Shown one piece after another: positions 44,915-54,685 of a stretch of DNA of 64,000 nucleotides; position 1 is the first letter of the stretch; each line of letters opens with the position of its first letter. Source of the stretch: an uncultured Clostridia bacterium. Its GTDB lineage: Bacteria > Bacillota > Clostridia > Christensenellales > DTU072. A model generated the notes under the pieces. That model ran no database searches. It saw nothing but the letters and a program-made list of their open reading frames with translations, and was not told where the DNA came from. Location: the NCBI GenBank assembly GCA_944363505.1, contig CALVUD010000007.1, positions 26,122 through 90,121 on the forward strand, written 5' to 3'. Made by a program: the position numbers and the translations under genes.

Positions 44915-47900
44915 TCATACCCCCACTATTTTGTCGAGGCTTTCGGGCCACAGCTCGCGATACTTTTCTATAGCCTCGGCGGGGACCCTGATCTCCGATA
45001 CCGAATCGAACACGCCGCTTTCCACCGTTATCGACGACGGATCGGTTGCACTGAACCTTAGCGCGAATCCCTCGGCGGTATTTTCGAACGCGCCCGCTCC
45101 TATCGATACCACGCTTGCGGGTAGCGAAACTTCGGTCAGCGAAACGCAGTCCTTGAACGCGCCGCCCGGTATTTCCGTCAGGGCGGTGCCCGAAAGATTT
45201 ACCGCGGTAATGTTTCCGTTACCCGCGAACGCGTCGGCGGCTATGCCCTTGAAATATCCGGGTAGCGTAACGCTCGCGGAAGAACCGACGTATCTTATCA
45301 GAATACTCGGCGCCGAGGCAAGCACGTATCCCGTAGTAGCCTGAGATATTTCTGCCTCCAGCCACGCCGTACCGTCGAACGCGCCCGCGCCTATACGCTT
45401 GACGGTCGAAGGAATGGTAACGGCGGAAACGTTGCTCCATCCCTTTATGAATCCGTCGGCTATGACGTCGGCTGCCGCCAAAGCGATTATCTGAACGCTC
45501 TTTATGTTTTCGAGAACCCCGCCGGTCATGTCCGATATCGGCGTGTCGCCGTAAACGGTCAGCGAAGTAATTAAGGGATCGGAGAGCATGTCGCTGAGTT
45601 CCGCGGGGGAAACGAGCGGCGCTTTCGGTAGCGCTATGCCCGTGATCTTGCCGGAACCCGTCATCCCTTCCAGAGCGCCCTCGACTATCGATTTCACGTT
45701 GTCGGGTAAGTTCCACGTGCCGTCGAACGGCGTCACTTTCTTATAGAAAATATATCCTGCCGTTTCGTTTCCGAAAGTCACGTCCTGCGACGCGGAATTC
45801 AGCCACGCCGTACCGTCGAACGCGCCCGCGCCTATATTCGTAAGATTGCTTAAAGTTCTGAGCCTCGATCCGACCGTGGTCAGGTTCAGACAGTCTTTGA
45901 AAGCGTTTTCGCCTATCGAATTCAGCAAACTGCCCTCCTCGACTTCCACCTGAGTCAGGAAGGTGTTTCCTTCGAACGCGCCCGCCGCGATAGTTCTGAC
46001 GTCGAAAGGCACTACGTATGACGACGCTTCTCCGGTATACCTTATCAAGATCTTGCCGCCGACGGAAGAGTTTAGTATCAGCGCGCCGTCGGTTGCGGTG
46101 ATCTGAGTGCCTTCAAACGCAGTTTCGGCTACATATGTTACGCTTTCGGGTAGCGAAACGCTGCTGAGATACTGGCAATACGCGAAAGCGTAATCGAGGA
46201 TCGATTCCGCCCTGCTGCCCGCCTCGAAACGTATCTGCGTTACGGAAAGTCCCATCGAAGAATACTTGTAATCCCCGTTGTCGATCGTCGCGTTCGCAAA
46301 CGCCGCGGTGTTGACGACTATCGCGTCCGCAGGGATGACCACGTCGGTCGAACCGCCCGTACCCGAAGGGTCGTATTTGTAATACAGCACTCCGCCCAGC
46401 ATTATGTTGCTGTTGCCGTAGCGCGTGGACGAATAACTCCGATACCAGACTGTGTTTTCGAGCGAATTGACGCCGACCTTTCTGATACTGGCCGGGAACG
46501 AAACCGAGCTAATGTGATCCCATCCGAGCAACAGTTCGTCTACCGTTTCCACGGTGCCTTCCTCTATCATGACCGAAGTAACCACGCTCATCGCGCCGAG
46601 GTTGCCGTCCAGCAACTCGTTCATCGTAACCGCGCCGTTATATTCGATAACGTGTACGGAATGCACGTCTATAACGCTTCTTAAGGTCGCCGCGGAAAGT
46701 TTGCGCGCGTCGGGAGTAACGTCCAGAACTCTGAGGACGCTGAGCTCGGAAAGGTTACTCAGCGCACTCGCTTCGGCGGTTATGCCGTAACGAAGACCTA
46801 CCGACGTAACCGAACCGGTCAAAACGGCGCCGGACAAGGATTTCACGACGGCGGTCTGAATGTTGCCGCCCGCCGATACTTCCACCTCCGCGGGAATGTC
46901 CACGTCGGTAACTTCGCCGATATACGTGCCGTCCGCGCTCTCGGTATACAGTCTGTACATATACAACACGCCCGAAGTGGAGATCAGATAATGCGCTACG
47001 GTGCGCACGTCGCCCGAAAGCGAGACCTCGGTCTCGTAATCGTAAACGGTGCTGAGCGCGACCACGTTGCCTACGCCCGTTCCCCACGAGGCGTAATTAC
47101 CTGTACCGCTATAGAATATCGTAATGTTATCGACGCCGCCGAGCACGTTGCCGCCCGTAAGCTCGGGTTCCGCGCCCTCTCTGTCGTTAAACAGCAATCT
47201 GATCAGTTTTTCCGCGCCGTTGAAAGCGTCGGAGCTTATCTGAGCCACGCTTGCGGGTATATATACGGTTTCAGCCACGCTGTCGGAGAACGCATAGCCG
47301 TTTATAGATGTAGCGCGCGCGTCTATACGCACCACGGATTCGGCGCTTCTGACCTCTATCAGAGTTCCGCCGATAAATACGAATTCGGAGTCCTGAGCGT
47401 TCATCCAGCCCGTGCCTCTGAACGCCGCGGAGCCTATCGAAACGCCCTCAAGAGCATTTTCGGCTTCGACGGTTTCCAGCGCGTAAACCTCCTGTCCGGA
47501 GCGCACGAAAATACCGTTGACCGAACCTGCGTTTTCGAGGAACGAATCGGGAATTGAGACCGCGTCCGAAATATCTATATATATTGATTTAAGGTTCTGC
47601 GGCAGATCGGCGCCCGAATTCAGTCCGAATACGGCAGCCACGCCGACGGGTGTGTTTATCGTCAGCGAAACGTCTCCCGCCGTCGCCGAAACCAGTCTGT
47701 AAATCAGGTTGTCGGCGCCCGTGCCGCTCCTAAGCGAAGCCTGCGGATCTTCGTTGACGCGACTGTTGACGTTCAGCGTTATTTCGGTTGCAAAAGTCAG
47801 TCCTCCGAACGGGTTATCGCCTATCGGGACCAAAGCAGTATCGACTTCTATCGCCGTACTCGAACGGGTGAACGCGTAATCGCCTATTCTGTCTACCGCA

Positions 47901-50900
47901 GTTCCCGATATGGTCGCGGGCGTAATAACCGCGCCGCTTTCCTCGGGCACGGACATATATTTCAACAACGCGATCGCGTTACTGTAATACGCGTAAACCC
48001 AGCCGCTCGCCTCGTCGTAACCGACGTTGCTGACCGCGATAGGCGATTTTACTCCCGATACGGACGATTCGGCGTACAGACTGAATTCTCCCGAATCGTT
48101 CAGCGTGCCCGTAAGCGCGTTTTCGGGAACGGTCGCGGACCCCGCGACGACGAGTACCGCGAATTTCGAAGAATTCATAAACGCGTATTCGCCTATTTCC
48201 GCGCCGGAGCCGGTAAGATATACGCTTTCCAGATTCACGGCGTTCGCAAACGCATATTCGCCTATGGTCTTTACGCCTTCGGGCAAAACGACCTGTCTGA
48301 CGGACGAATTATATTCAAAAGCGTTCGGGGAAACCGCAATGGCGTTTTCGGGAACCCATACTACGGACGCGGTACCGGTATACGAATACAGAATGCCTGC
48401 GCCGAGCATCGTGAATCCGTCGGAATCGACGTATGCGTCGACCCACGGAACGCCGTCGAACGCGCCGTTGCCTATCGTCTGTACCGCGCCGGGTATACCG
48501 TCGGTATAATCGTCACCGTCATAAGTCAGCACCGTAGACAGCGATATATCGCCCGAAAAAGCCGAAGTCTCGATGGAATTCAGATATGTAAGCGAATCGA
48601 AATACAATTCTCTTAACGCAGTCATTCCGGCAAACGCCTCTACGCCCAGCGATTCCACGTACTCGCCGACGTGCACGCGCGTTATGAACGTCTGATCCGC
48701 GAACATATAGTCGGGCAGTCCGAACGAGGAAGTACCGTAAACTTCGACCTCGGTTATCTTGGAGGGAAGCTGTCCGCCGAAAATGCCCGAAGCGGTAACG
48801 TTGGGGTTTACCAGCGTAAGTTTGTAAAGGCTGTCGGAGGTAACGTATGCCTGCGTCAAAGCCGCACCCGACACCGTATATCCCGAATACAGATCGCGCA
48901 CTATCGTCAGGTTTTCGAGTATGGATGCGGAATAGAACGTATCCGCTTCAATACTGAGCGTGCTGCCGAATTCGACGCTGTAAATAATGGACGAGAACAC
49001 GTTGGAGCCCAGTCCCACGACCGTATAGGTCTTGCCCGCTTCGCTTGCGGGCGTACCGCTTTGGGTCATGACCGTAACGGTATTCGGAACTTCCACGTCG
49101 AAAAAGTAACCGGTTCTTTCGTCGCCCAGATACTGTAAAAGAATCACGGAGTCGCTCATCGACGAATCGATCGCGTAGGACCAGATACCGCCGTCGGGAG
49201 CGATTGCCATGCTGTATTTCGAAACGAGTTTGTCGCTTAACGCCGTCCAATTTGTACCGCCGGCGACATAGCGCGAAACCTCGGGCACGTATATGCGGAA
49301 GTTCAGGTAGGACAGCCCAGAGTTGTAGAACACTTCCGTACCCAGCACCGCGGGTTCGGAGCGGTCGAATACCGCGTACATCAGCTCGCTCGCTTCAAAG
49401 AACGCCCTGTCTCCCAGTCTTTGCAGGGAAGCGGGCAGGAACACGCGCCTCAGCGACAATGCGCCCATAAACGCGCCCTCTCGGATTTCCGTAAGCGACG
49501 ACGGGAAAGAAACGTCGTCGGTCGCCGTTACGGAGCCTGCGGCGTCCACGACGTACAGATCGTTCAGCTTCAACGACAAGCAGCCCGAGAAAGCGTAACT
49601 GCCTATCACCGACAGCTCGGCGCCCTCGCGGAACCTGACGGTCTCAAGCATCTCGCAGTCGCGGAAGCAGTTGTCGGGTATCGTGCCAACGCGCTGAGGT
49701 ATGGTTATTTCGGTAAGCGCTGTATTTTCGAAAGCGCCGGGCCCGAACGAAATTATCGTATCGGGGAGCGTTACGGACACGATCGCGGTATCCGCGAACG
49801 CTTCCGTTCCTATCTGAGTTACGGGCACGCCCATATAGTAGTTTGCCACCGTAACTTCCGTTGCCGTACCCGTGTAACCGGCTACGTATGCTTCCGTTCT
49901 GTTTTCGTTCAGCGCGTACTCGACGCCCTCCGTTCCCTCGGCTACGGCTTCCCATGCCGCGTACAATACCAAATCTGAGGTAACGGGCGTCGAAAAATCG
50001 TAACGGGTTACGAACGCGGGATCGACGTACCAGTCAAGGAACACCATATTCTCCCACGCCGCCGAAGGCGCAGCGACGGCGGAATTGTGTACCACCGTTA
50101 CGGGGTCGATTACGTAACCGTCGATGTTCGTAACGAACGATACGGTATATCTCGTGGCTTCCGTTACCGCATAGAAAGTCGTATCGCCGCTAAGCACATA
50201 AAATACGCCTGCGGGTTTCAACGCGCCCGAGCCTTCGCCGACAAGCACATATTGACCGGAGGAATTGACCGTGTACCAGCCGTTATCCACGAAATACAAC
50301 CTTTCGGCGAAATTCGACCAGGTGCTCGTCCTTATCAGATTGGCGATCTCGCCCGCGTCGCAAGTTACCAGATAGTCCGCTCCTTCGCCGACGACCAGAT
50401 AAGAAGCCGTATAAACGTCCTCGCCGACGCCGCCTGCCTTATACCACTCTCCCGTAGCGGGATCGTAGTAAATGCGCGTACCTTGAGCGTCCTTTCTCCA
50501 GCCCAGGAAATCGACGCCTTCTTCCGTTACCGCGGACACCGATTCGCGATATCCCGCTATGCCGGAAGTGAAGCCTATCACCGTTCCGTAATCGTAATTT
50601 ACGGGAAGACTGAGCGAATTGCCCTCGAAATCGTACTGGGGATATTCGATATTGCCTTCTCCTATGAATTTAAGAGTGTACGAATTGATCGTGAATACGG
50701 GCACGAACGACATATCCGAAACGACGTCGGTGGCGCTGGCGCCGTCGGGAATCGCCCTGAAACCCGTAAAGGTATAGCCTTGGCGTTCGGGAGACGCCAC
50801 GTCCTGAGGCAGTCTGACGGAGTCGTGGAAATCCGCCTCGGTCGAATAAAGCGGAACGGTCGCCTGTTCGTCGGCATACCAGGTCACGGTAAAGCGATTG

Positions 50901-53407
50901 AGTCTGCAAGTCGCGACCGCCACCGTATCCGCCGTTATCGGCGCATTCACTATGCCGCTGTCGGTCCAGGCAAAGCCCGAAAGAGCTACTTCACCCGACG
51001 AATATCCGCCGTAGCTGATTATCAGTCCGGCGACGGAGTCGATGCCCGGCAGTTCGAAGCCCGGCGAAGTCATCGAAATCGTGGAATTGTACTCTACCTT
51101 TACTATGTAATCGGAATCGGGATCGGAGGGGTCGGCAATAAACACCGATTGAGAAGTGATCCCGGAATTGTTTACGAAATCCACGCGGAAAGAAACGTTG
51201 TATACGTTTATGGTATACACGATACGCAGTCTGAGCGTTCCCGTCATCTGAACGCCGAACGAATACGTCTGATCGGTAGCCGTATTGTCCTCGTTAGCTA
51301 TATACCATGCGCCGGTATATCCCGCGCGTTCTTCGATGGCGGGAGCGGCGTCCTCGGTCAGGATGCTGCCCGCGTCGACGCGCAAAGTTTCGATATTGCT
51401 GCCGGCGTCGTCCAGGAATATGACCGAATACTGTCTGATCCAGTTGGCGTAAAGATGCAACACGGTCGCGGAAGGCTGATAGGCGTCGAATTCGTCTATG
51501 GAATTCAACACTCCCTTTTCGACCAGCGTTTCCGCCGTCAAAAGCGTTTCTCCGCTCCACTCCGCGGCACCGCCTCTTTCGGTATACCAACCGTCGAAAC
51601 GGTAATCCGTTCCGGCCGAAGGCTCGTAAAGTATCGGATTCGTTCCGTATGTTACCGTCTGCTCCGTGAACGAGGAATCGGAATCCGTTTCATAGAAATT
51701 GACGATATACACGTTGGCGGTATATGTGGGATAGACGTTGGTGTTGGCGGTTATAGCCGTGTCGAAATCGTAGTCCCAGCCCGCAAACGAATAGCCCGTG
51801 CGCGACGGAACGACCGACGGCACGGAAGCGTATTCCATATACGCGACCGATTGTGTCGCGACGACCGTGGTGCGGTCGAAAGCATAGAACGAAACGGTAT
51901 AAACGTTTTTCTCGTAACCCGCATACAACGAGATATCCGAGTTGACGTCGGTCAGCGACGCCTGGGTCGCGGGGGTACCGGAAACGTCGTACCACACGCC
52001 GCCGTAACCTTCGACGTAAGGTACGTTCCCGGGAGTATCCGATCCGCCCTTAGGCACGCTGACAACGGAATAAAGCCAGTATTCCGTGCCGTTATGAATA
52101 ACCTTGTCGGCGCCCTCTTCGGGAACGATTATCGACGAGGGAACGTATCTGGAAACCTTATAGAGTTTCGTCCAGCCGGCATATAGCGCGGTGTCAGCGG
52201 TTACCAGATCGTTGGTGAAGTCCCATTTGTCCCTGGCGCCCGATTGTCTGAACCAACCGTCGAAACGGTATCCGTCAAGAGACGGATCGGCGGGTGCCGT
52301 GCGTATCGGAGTATTATAAGTTACCTGTACCGAATCGCCGTAAACGGCGCCGGTTTCGCCCGTGCCGTCGGGATAATTCCAATAATATACCACCGTATAG
52401 CTGATCGTATTGAACGCCGCCTCGGCATATATGTCCGCGGTAACGTAACGGAGCGCGGATGCGGAAGCGCTGTCCCAGCTGCCGGTAAAGCGACGGTTGC
52501 CGACGATCTCCGGCACCGCCGCGGTGAACGCGTCTATCCTGTCGGACTGGGTGGCGATCAGGTCGGTTCCGTAAGGCACGTTTTCTATCCTGCCCACTTC
52601 GCGCAGGGTCCTGCCGTCCTCGTCGCGATAGCTGAAAGTTACGGTAAAAGTCTGTCGGACGTACTGCGCGTAAACGGTAACGTCCTGGTTGATGTTTGTG
52701 AACACCGTTCTGCTCCAGGAAGCGTCGTAACCGTCCCTGGCGGGAACGGTGGGTATGTCCGAAAGAGTTCCTCCCGCCTCGACCTCGCGGGTGGTGATCA
52801 GCGTCGTAAGATCGTCGCTGTAGAACGATATCGTGTAAAGCCTTGCCCAGCGCGCGTACAGGACGGTGTCCGCCGTGATCTGAGCGGTAGCAAAATTGAA
52901 CTGGTTGTTGAATGTATTTTCGGTATACCAGCCGATAAATCTGTATCCTTCGCGCACGGGCGTTTCGGGTTCAGCCGCCCTGCCGTATTCGATAACGCTC
53001 TGGGACTTGACCTCGCTGCCGCCCATCGAATCGAAAGACACGGTATATCTGACCGTTCCCGCCTCGACGGTTTTGACCACGATGTCGTAAGAAGTGCTGA
53101 CGCCCTTGTATTCCAAAACCACGCTAAGCCTGTCCGTCGGCTTTTCCGTGGAGAAATTCAATATTCTGAGGTCCTGTCTGATATCCGTGGCGTAAACGTC
53201 GTATACTTCGCCGTCCGTGCGCGTAACGGTCAAAGCTATGCCGTCGATATTCAGTTCCTCGCCGACAAGATACTCGGTTTTAAAATCTCCGGATTTTTCG
53301 GAAATGGCTATGGAAGCGATTTCCACCGCGGGAGAACACGCGACCGTCGCCGCTATGATCCCCAACGAAAGCAGAATCAGTAAAATCAACGCGCACTTGT
53401 TTTTCAT
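44915..53407 (-). CDS. giant surface lipoprotein with Listeria-Bacteroides-type repeats and BspA-type leucine-rich repeats
   Basis: Uninterrupted 8493-nt ORF (2830 aa). Signal peptide with lipobox (IIAATVAC). About 15 units of the type Y.V.F...G..[FW].GW; the first is YTVSFDSMGGSEV...REGYRFIGWYTEN...ADTVLYARW. Then many LRR units of the type IG..AF.....L..V.LP. No LPXTG motif. Confidence 0.85.
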   Translation of the reverse strand: MKNKCALILLILLSLGIIAATVACSPAVEIASIAISEKSGDFKTEYLVGEELNIDGIALTVTRTDGEVYDVYATDIRQDLRILNFSTEKPTDRLSVVLEYKGVSTSYDIVVKTVEAGTVRYTVSFDSMGGSEVKSQSVIEYGRAAEPETPVREGYRFIGWYTENTFNNQFNFATAQITADTVLYARWARLYTISFYSDDLTTLITTREVEAGGTLSDIPTVPARDGYDASWSRTVFTNINQDVTVYAQYVRQTFTVTFSYRDEDGRTLREVGRIENVPYGTDLIATQSDRIDAFTAAVPEIVGNRRFTGSWDSASASALRYVTADIYAEAAFNTISYTVVYYWNYPDGTGETGAVYGDSVQVTYNTPIRTAPADPSLDGYRFDGWFRQSGARDKWDFTNDLVTADTALYAGWTKLYKVSRYVPSSIIVPEEGADKVIHNGTEYWLYSVVSVPKGGSDTPGNVPYVEGYGGVWYDVSGTPATQASLTDVNSDISLYAGYEKNVYTVSFYAFDRTTVVATQSVAYMEYASVPSVVPSRTGYSFAGWDYDFDTAITANTNVYPTYTANVYIVNFYETDSDSSFTEQTVTYGTNPILYEPSAGTDYRFDGWYTERGGAAEWSGETLLTAETLVEKGVLNSIDEFDAYQPSATVLHLYANWIRQYSVIFLDDAGSNIETLRVDAGSILTEDAAPAIEERAGYTGAWYIANEDNTATDQTYSFGVQMTGTLRLRIVYTINVYNVSFRVDFVNNSGITSQSVFIADPSDPDSDYIVKVEYNSTISMTSPGFELPGIDSVAGLIISYGGYSSGEVALSGFAWTDSGIVNAPITADTVAVATCRLNRFTVTWYADEQATVPLYSTEADFHDSVRLPQDVASPERQGYTFTGFRAIPDGASATDVVSDMSFVPVFTINSYTLKFIGEGNIEYPQYDFEGNSLSLPVNYDYGTVIGFTSGIAGYRESVSAVTEEGVDFLGWRKDAQGTRIYYDPATGEWYKAGGVGEDVYTASYLVVGEGADYLVTCDAGEIANLIRTSTWSNFAERLYFVDNGWYTVNSSGQYVLVGEGSGALKPAGVFYVLSGDTTFYAVTEATRYTVSFVTNIDGYVIDPVTVVHNSAVAAPSAAWENMVFLDWYVDPAFVTRYDFSTPVTSDLVLYAAWEAVAEGTEGVEYALNENRTEAYVAGYTGTATEVTVANYYMGVPVTQIGTEAFADTAIVSVTLPDTIISFGPGAFENTALTEITIPQRVGTIPDNCFRDCEMLETVRFREGAELSVIGSYAFSGCLSLKLNDLYVVDAAGSVTATDDVSFPSSLTEIREGAFMGALSLRRVFLPASLQRLGDRAFFEASELMYAVFDRSEPAVLGTEVFYNSGLSYLNFRIYVPEVSRYVAGGTNWTALSDKLVSKYSMAIAPDGGIWSYAIDSSMSDSVILLQYLGDERTGYFFDVEVPNTVTVMTQSGTPASEAGKTYTVVGLGSNVFSSIIYSVEFGSTLSIEADTFYSASILENLTIVRDLYSGYTVSGAALTQAYVTSDSLYKLTLVNPNVTASGIFGGQLPSKITEVEVYGTSSFGLPDYMFADQTFITRVHVGEYVESLGVEAFAGMTALRELYFDSLTYLNSIETSAFSGDISLSTVLTYDGDDYTDGIPGAVQTIGNGAFDGVPWVDAYVDSDGFTMLGAGILYSYTGTASVVWVPENAIAVSPNAFEYNSSVRQVVLPEGVKTIGEYAFANAVNLESVYLTGSGAEIGEYAFMNSSKFAVLVVAGSATVPENALTGTLNDSGEFSLYAESSVSGVKSPIAVSNVGYDEASGWVYAYYSNAIALLKYMSVPEESGAVITPATISGTAVDRIGDYAFTRSSTAIEVDTALVPIGDNPFGGLTFATEITLNVNSRVNEDPQASLRSGTGADNLIYRLVSATAGDVSLTINTPVGVAAVFGLNSGADLPQNLKSIYIDISDAVSIPDSFLENAGSVNGIFVRSGQEVYALETVEAENALEGVSIGSAAFRGTGWMNAQDSEFVFIGGTLIEVRSAESVVRIDARATSINGYAFSDSVAETVYIPASVAQISSDAFNGAEKLIRLLFNDREGAEPELTGGNVLGGVDNITIFYSGTGNYASWGTGVGNVVALSTVYDYETEVSLSGDVRTVAHYLISTSGVLYMYRLYTESADGTYIGEVTDVDIPAEVEVSAGGNIQTAVVKSLSGAVLTGSVTSVGLRYGITAEASALSNLSELSVLRVLDVTPDARKLSAATLRSVIDVHSVHVIEYNGAVTMNELLDGNLGAMSVVTSVMIEEGTVETVDELLLGWDHISSVSFPASIRKVGVNSLENTVWYRSYSSTRYGNSNIMLGGVLYYKYDPSGTGGSTDVVIPADAIVVNTAAFANATIDNGDYKYSSMGLSVTQIRFEAGSRAESILDYAFAYCQYLSSVSLPESVTYVAETAFEGTQITATDGALILNSSVGGKILIRYTGEASSYVVPFDVRTIAAGAFEGNTFLTQVEVEEGSLLNSIGENAFKDCLNLTTVGSRLRTLSNLTNIGAGAFDGTAWLNSASQDVTFGNETAGYIFYKKVTPFDGTWNLPDNVKSIVEGALEGMTGSGKITGIALPKAPLVSPAELSDMLSDPLITSLTVYGDTPISDMTGGVLENIKSVQIIALAAADVIADGFIKGWSNVSAVTIPSTVKRIGAGAFDGTAWLEAEISQATTGYVLASAPSILIRYVGSSASVTLPGYFKGIAADAFAGNGNITAVNLSGTALTEIPGGAFKDCVSLTEVSLPASVVSIGAGAFENTAEGFALRFSATDPSSITVESGVFDSVSEIRVPAEAIEKYRELWPESLDKIVGV

Positions 53408-53466
53408 TTCAGACCGGACCGTTTACGTTATTATATAAATCGCGCGCTCGCAATTTATACACATCT

Positions 53467-53494
53467 ATTATACCAAACGCGGCGTTCATTGCAA
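53467..53494 (-). promoter_or_regulatory. candidate promoter of the giant gene
   Basis: Read on the minus strand: TTGCAA (53494-53489), 16-nt spacer, extended -10 TGgTATAAT (hexamer 53472-53467). This implies a leader of roughly 50 nt that contains ATAAATTGCGAGCGCGCGATTTAT. Confidence 0.55.
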
Positions 53495-53645
53495 TATCGA
53501 AAAGCGATTTTTACTATAAATTTATTATTAAATTTTATATGGGTTCTTTTATTCGCCTCGCCGATATTTCTTATCAAAAAAGCGAGGTTTACGGGCAAAA
53601 GCGCGCCCCGGCAAGCTCTCAGACGCAGAAATTAAACCGATTCGC

Positions 53646-53674
53646 TTGTCAACGGTCGCGCGATTTGTTAAAAT
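53646..53674 (+). promoter_or_regulatory. candidate promoter of the GNAT gene (leaderless geometry)
   Basis: TTGTCA (53646-53651), 17-nt spacer, extended -10 TGtTAAAAT (hexamer 53669-53674). ATGs lie at 53677 and 53683 and there is no SD. Confidence 0.55.
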
Positions 53675-53676
53675 TT

Positions 53677-54660
53677 ATGCGTATGCGTTTGGACGAATTG
53701 AAAAAACTGCATATATCGGCTTTCCCCGGCGACGAGGCATACGCGGAATATTTTTTCCGCGAACGTTTCGACGCCTCGCACGCCTTCACGCTGAGCGCGG
53801 ACGGCAAGATAGTATCCGCGGCTTATGCGAGAATCATCGAAGCGGAGATATACGGGAAAGTATTGGAGATCCCGCTTTTGACGGGCGTCGCTACGCACCC
53901 GGATTATCGGTACCGCGGCTTTGCTTCACGCGTGATAAGAGACGCCGAAACCCGCCTGAAAGAAGAAGGCTATCCTTTCGTGATGCTTCACCCTTTCAAC
54001 TCCGATTTCTATGCCGCGCTCGGCTATGCACCGATAAACGGTATCGGGCGTTTTTGCCCGAAGCCCTACGGACCGGGAGGCGTCGCAGAAGCGCTGACGC
54101 CGGAGGATTGGAGCGAAACTTTCAGCGTGTATTCCGAATGGGCTTCCTCCTCCCCCGCGCACGTTTTCCGCTCCGCTTCCGTCCAGAAAGAGCATATCGG
54201 AATGTTTTTGAAATATTGCGGTTCGGGTTACCTTATCAGATTGAACGGTTCCCCTGTCGCATATGTCTTGATAGAGAACGGCAAGGCCGTCGAGGCAATG
54301 TTCACGCGTCCCGACGCCTTTGACGGAGTAACTGAAACGCTGAGCCTCGCGTTACCGCTGGCGCTTTCGGAAGAAAGCGGTTATTCCATGGCGAAGCTAC
54401 TTAACCTAAAGTCTTTGTTCCGACTTCTCCCCATGAGGGGAGTCGATTCGGACGCGCGCTTCGGGCTAAGCGGTAAGACGTATCAATTAATAATAAACAA
54501 CGGCTGTTTCGTATCGCTGACGGAAACCTCGGGAAAAGCTTACGAGCTGACTCCCGCCGAACTGATCCGGACGGCTTTGGGACACGGGAAAGAGTATCCG
54601 CTTTCACCTATAGGATCTTTGTTCCCGGAATACGGATTGGCCGTGTTCGAAAAATATTGA
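53677..54660 (+). CDS. Eis-like GNAT N-acetyltransferase (GNAT plus SCP2-like C-domain)
   Basis: Acetyl-CoA motif HPDYRYRGFASRVI with a C-terminal sterol-carrier-like region. The true start is probably 53677 or 53683. The ORF-track start at 53539 lies upstream of the promoter. Confidence 0.78.
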   Translation: MRMRLDELKKLHISAFPGDEAYAEYFFRERFDASHAFTLSADGKIVSAAYARIIEAEIYGKVLEIPLLTGVATHPDYRYRGFASRVIRDAETRLKEEGYPFVMLHPFNSDFYAALGYAPINGIGRFCPKPYGPGGVAEALTPEDWSETFSVYSEWASSSPAHVFRSASVQKEHIGMFLKYCGSGYLIRLNGSPVAYVLIENGKAVEAMFTRPDAFDGVTETLSLALPLALSEESGYSMAKLLNLKSLFRLLPMRGVDSDARFGLSGKTYQLIINNGCFVSLTETSGKAYELTPAELIRTALGHGKEYPLSPIGSLFPEYGLAVFEKY

Positions 54661-54685
54661 ACCAGAAAACGGAGTAATACCTAAT

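Noticed and set aside
50087-53383. ORFs of 699 aa and 379 aa on the plus strand, inside the giant-gene region.
   Set aside because: They are antisense to the uninterrupted 8493-nt ORF, whose product has coherent signal-peptide and repeat architecture. The plus-strand products have no recognisable features.
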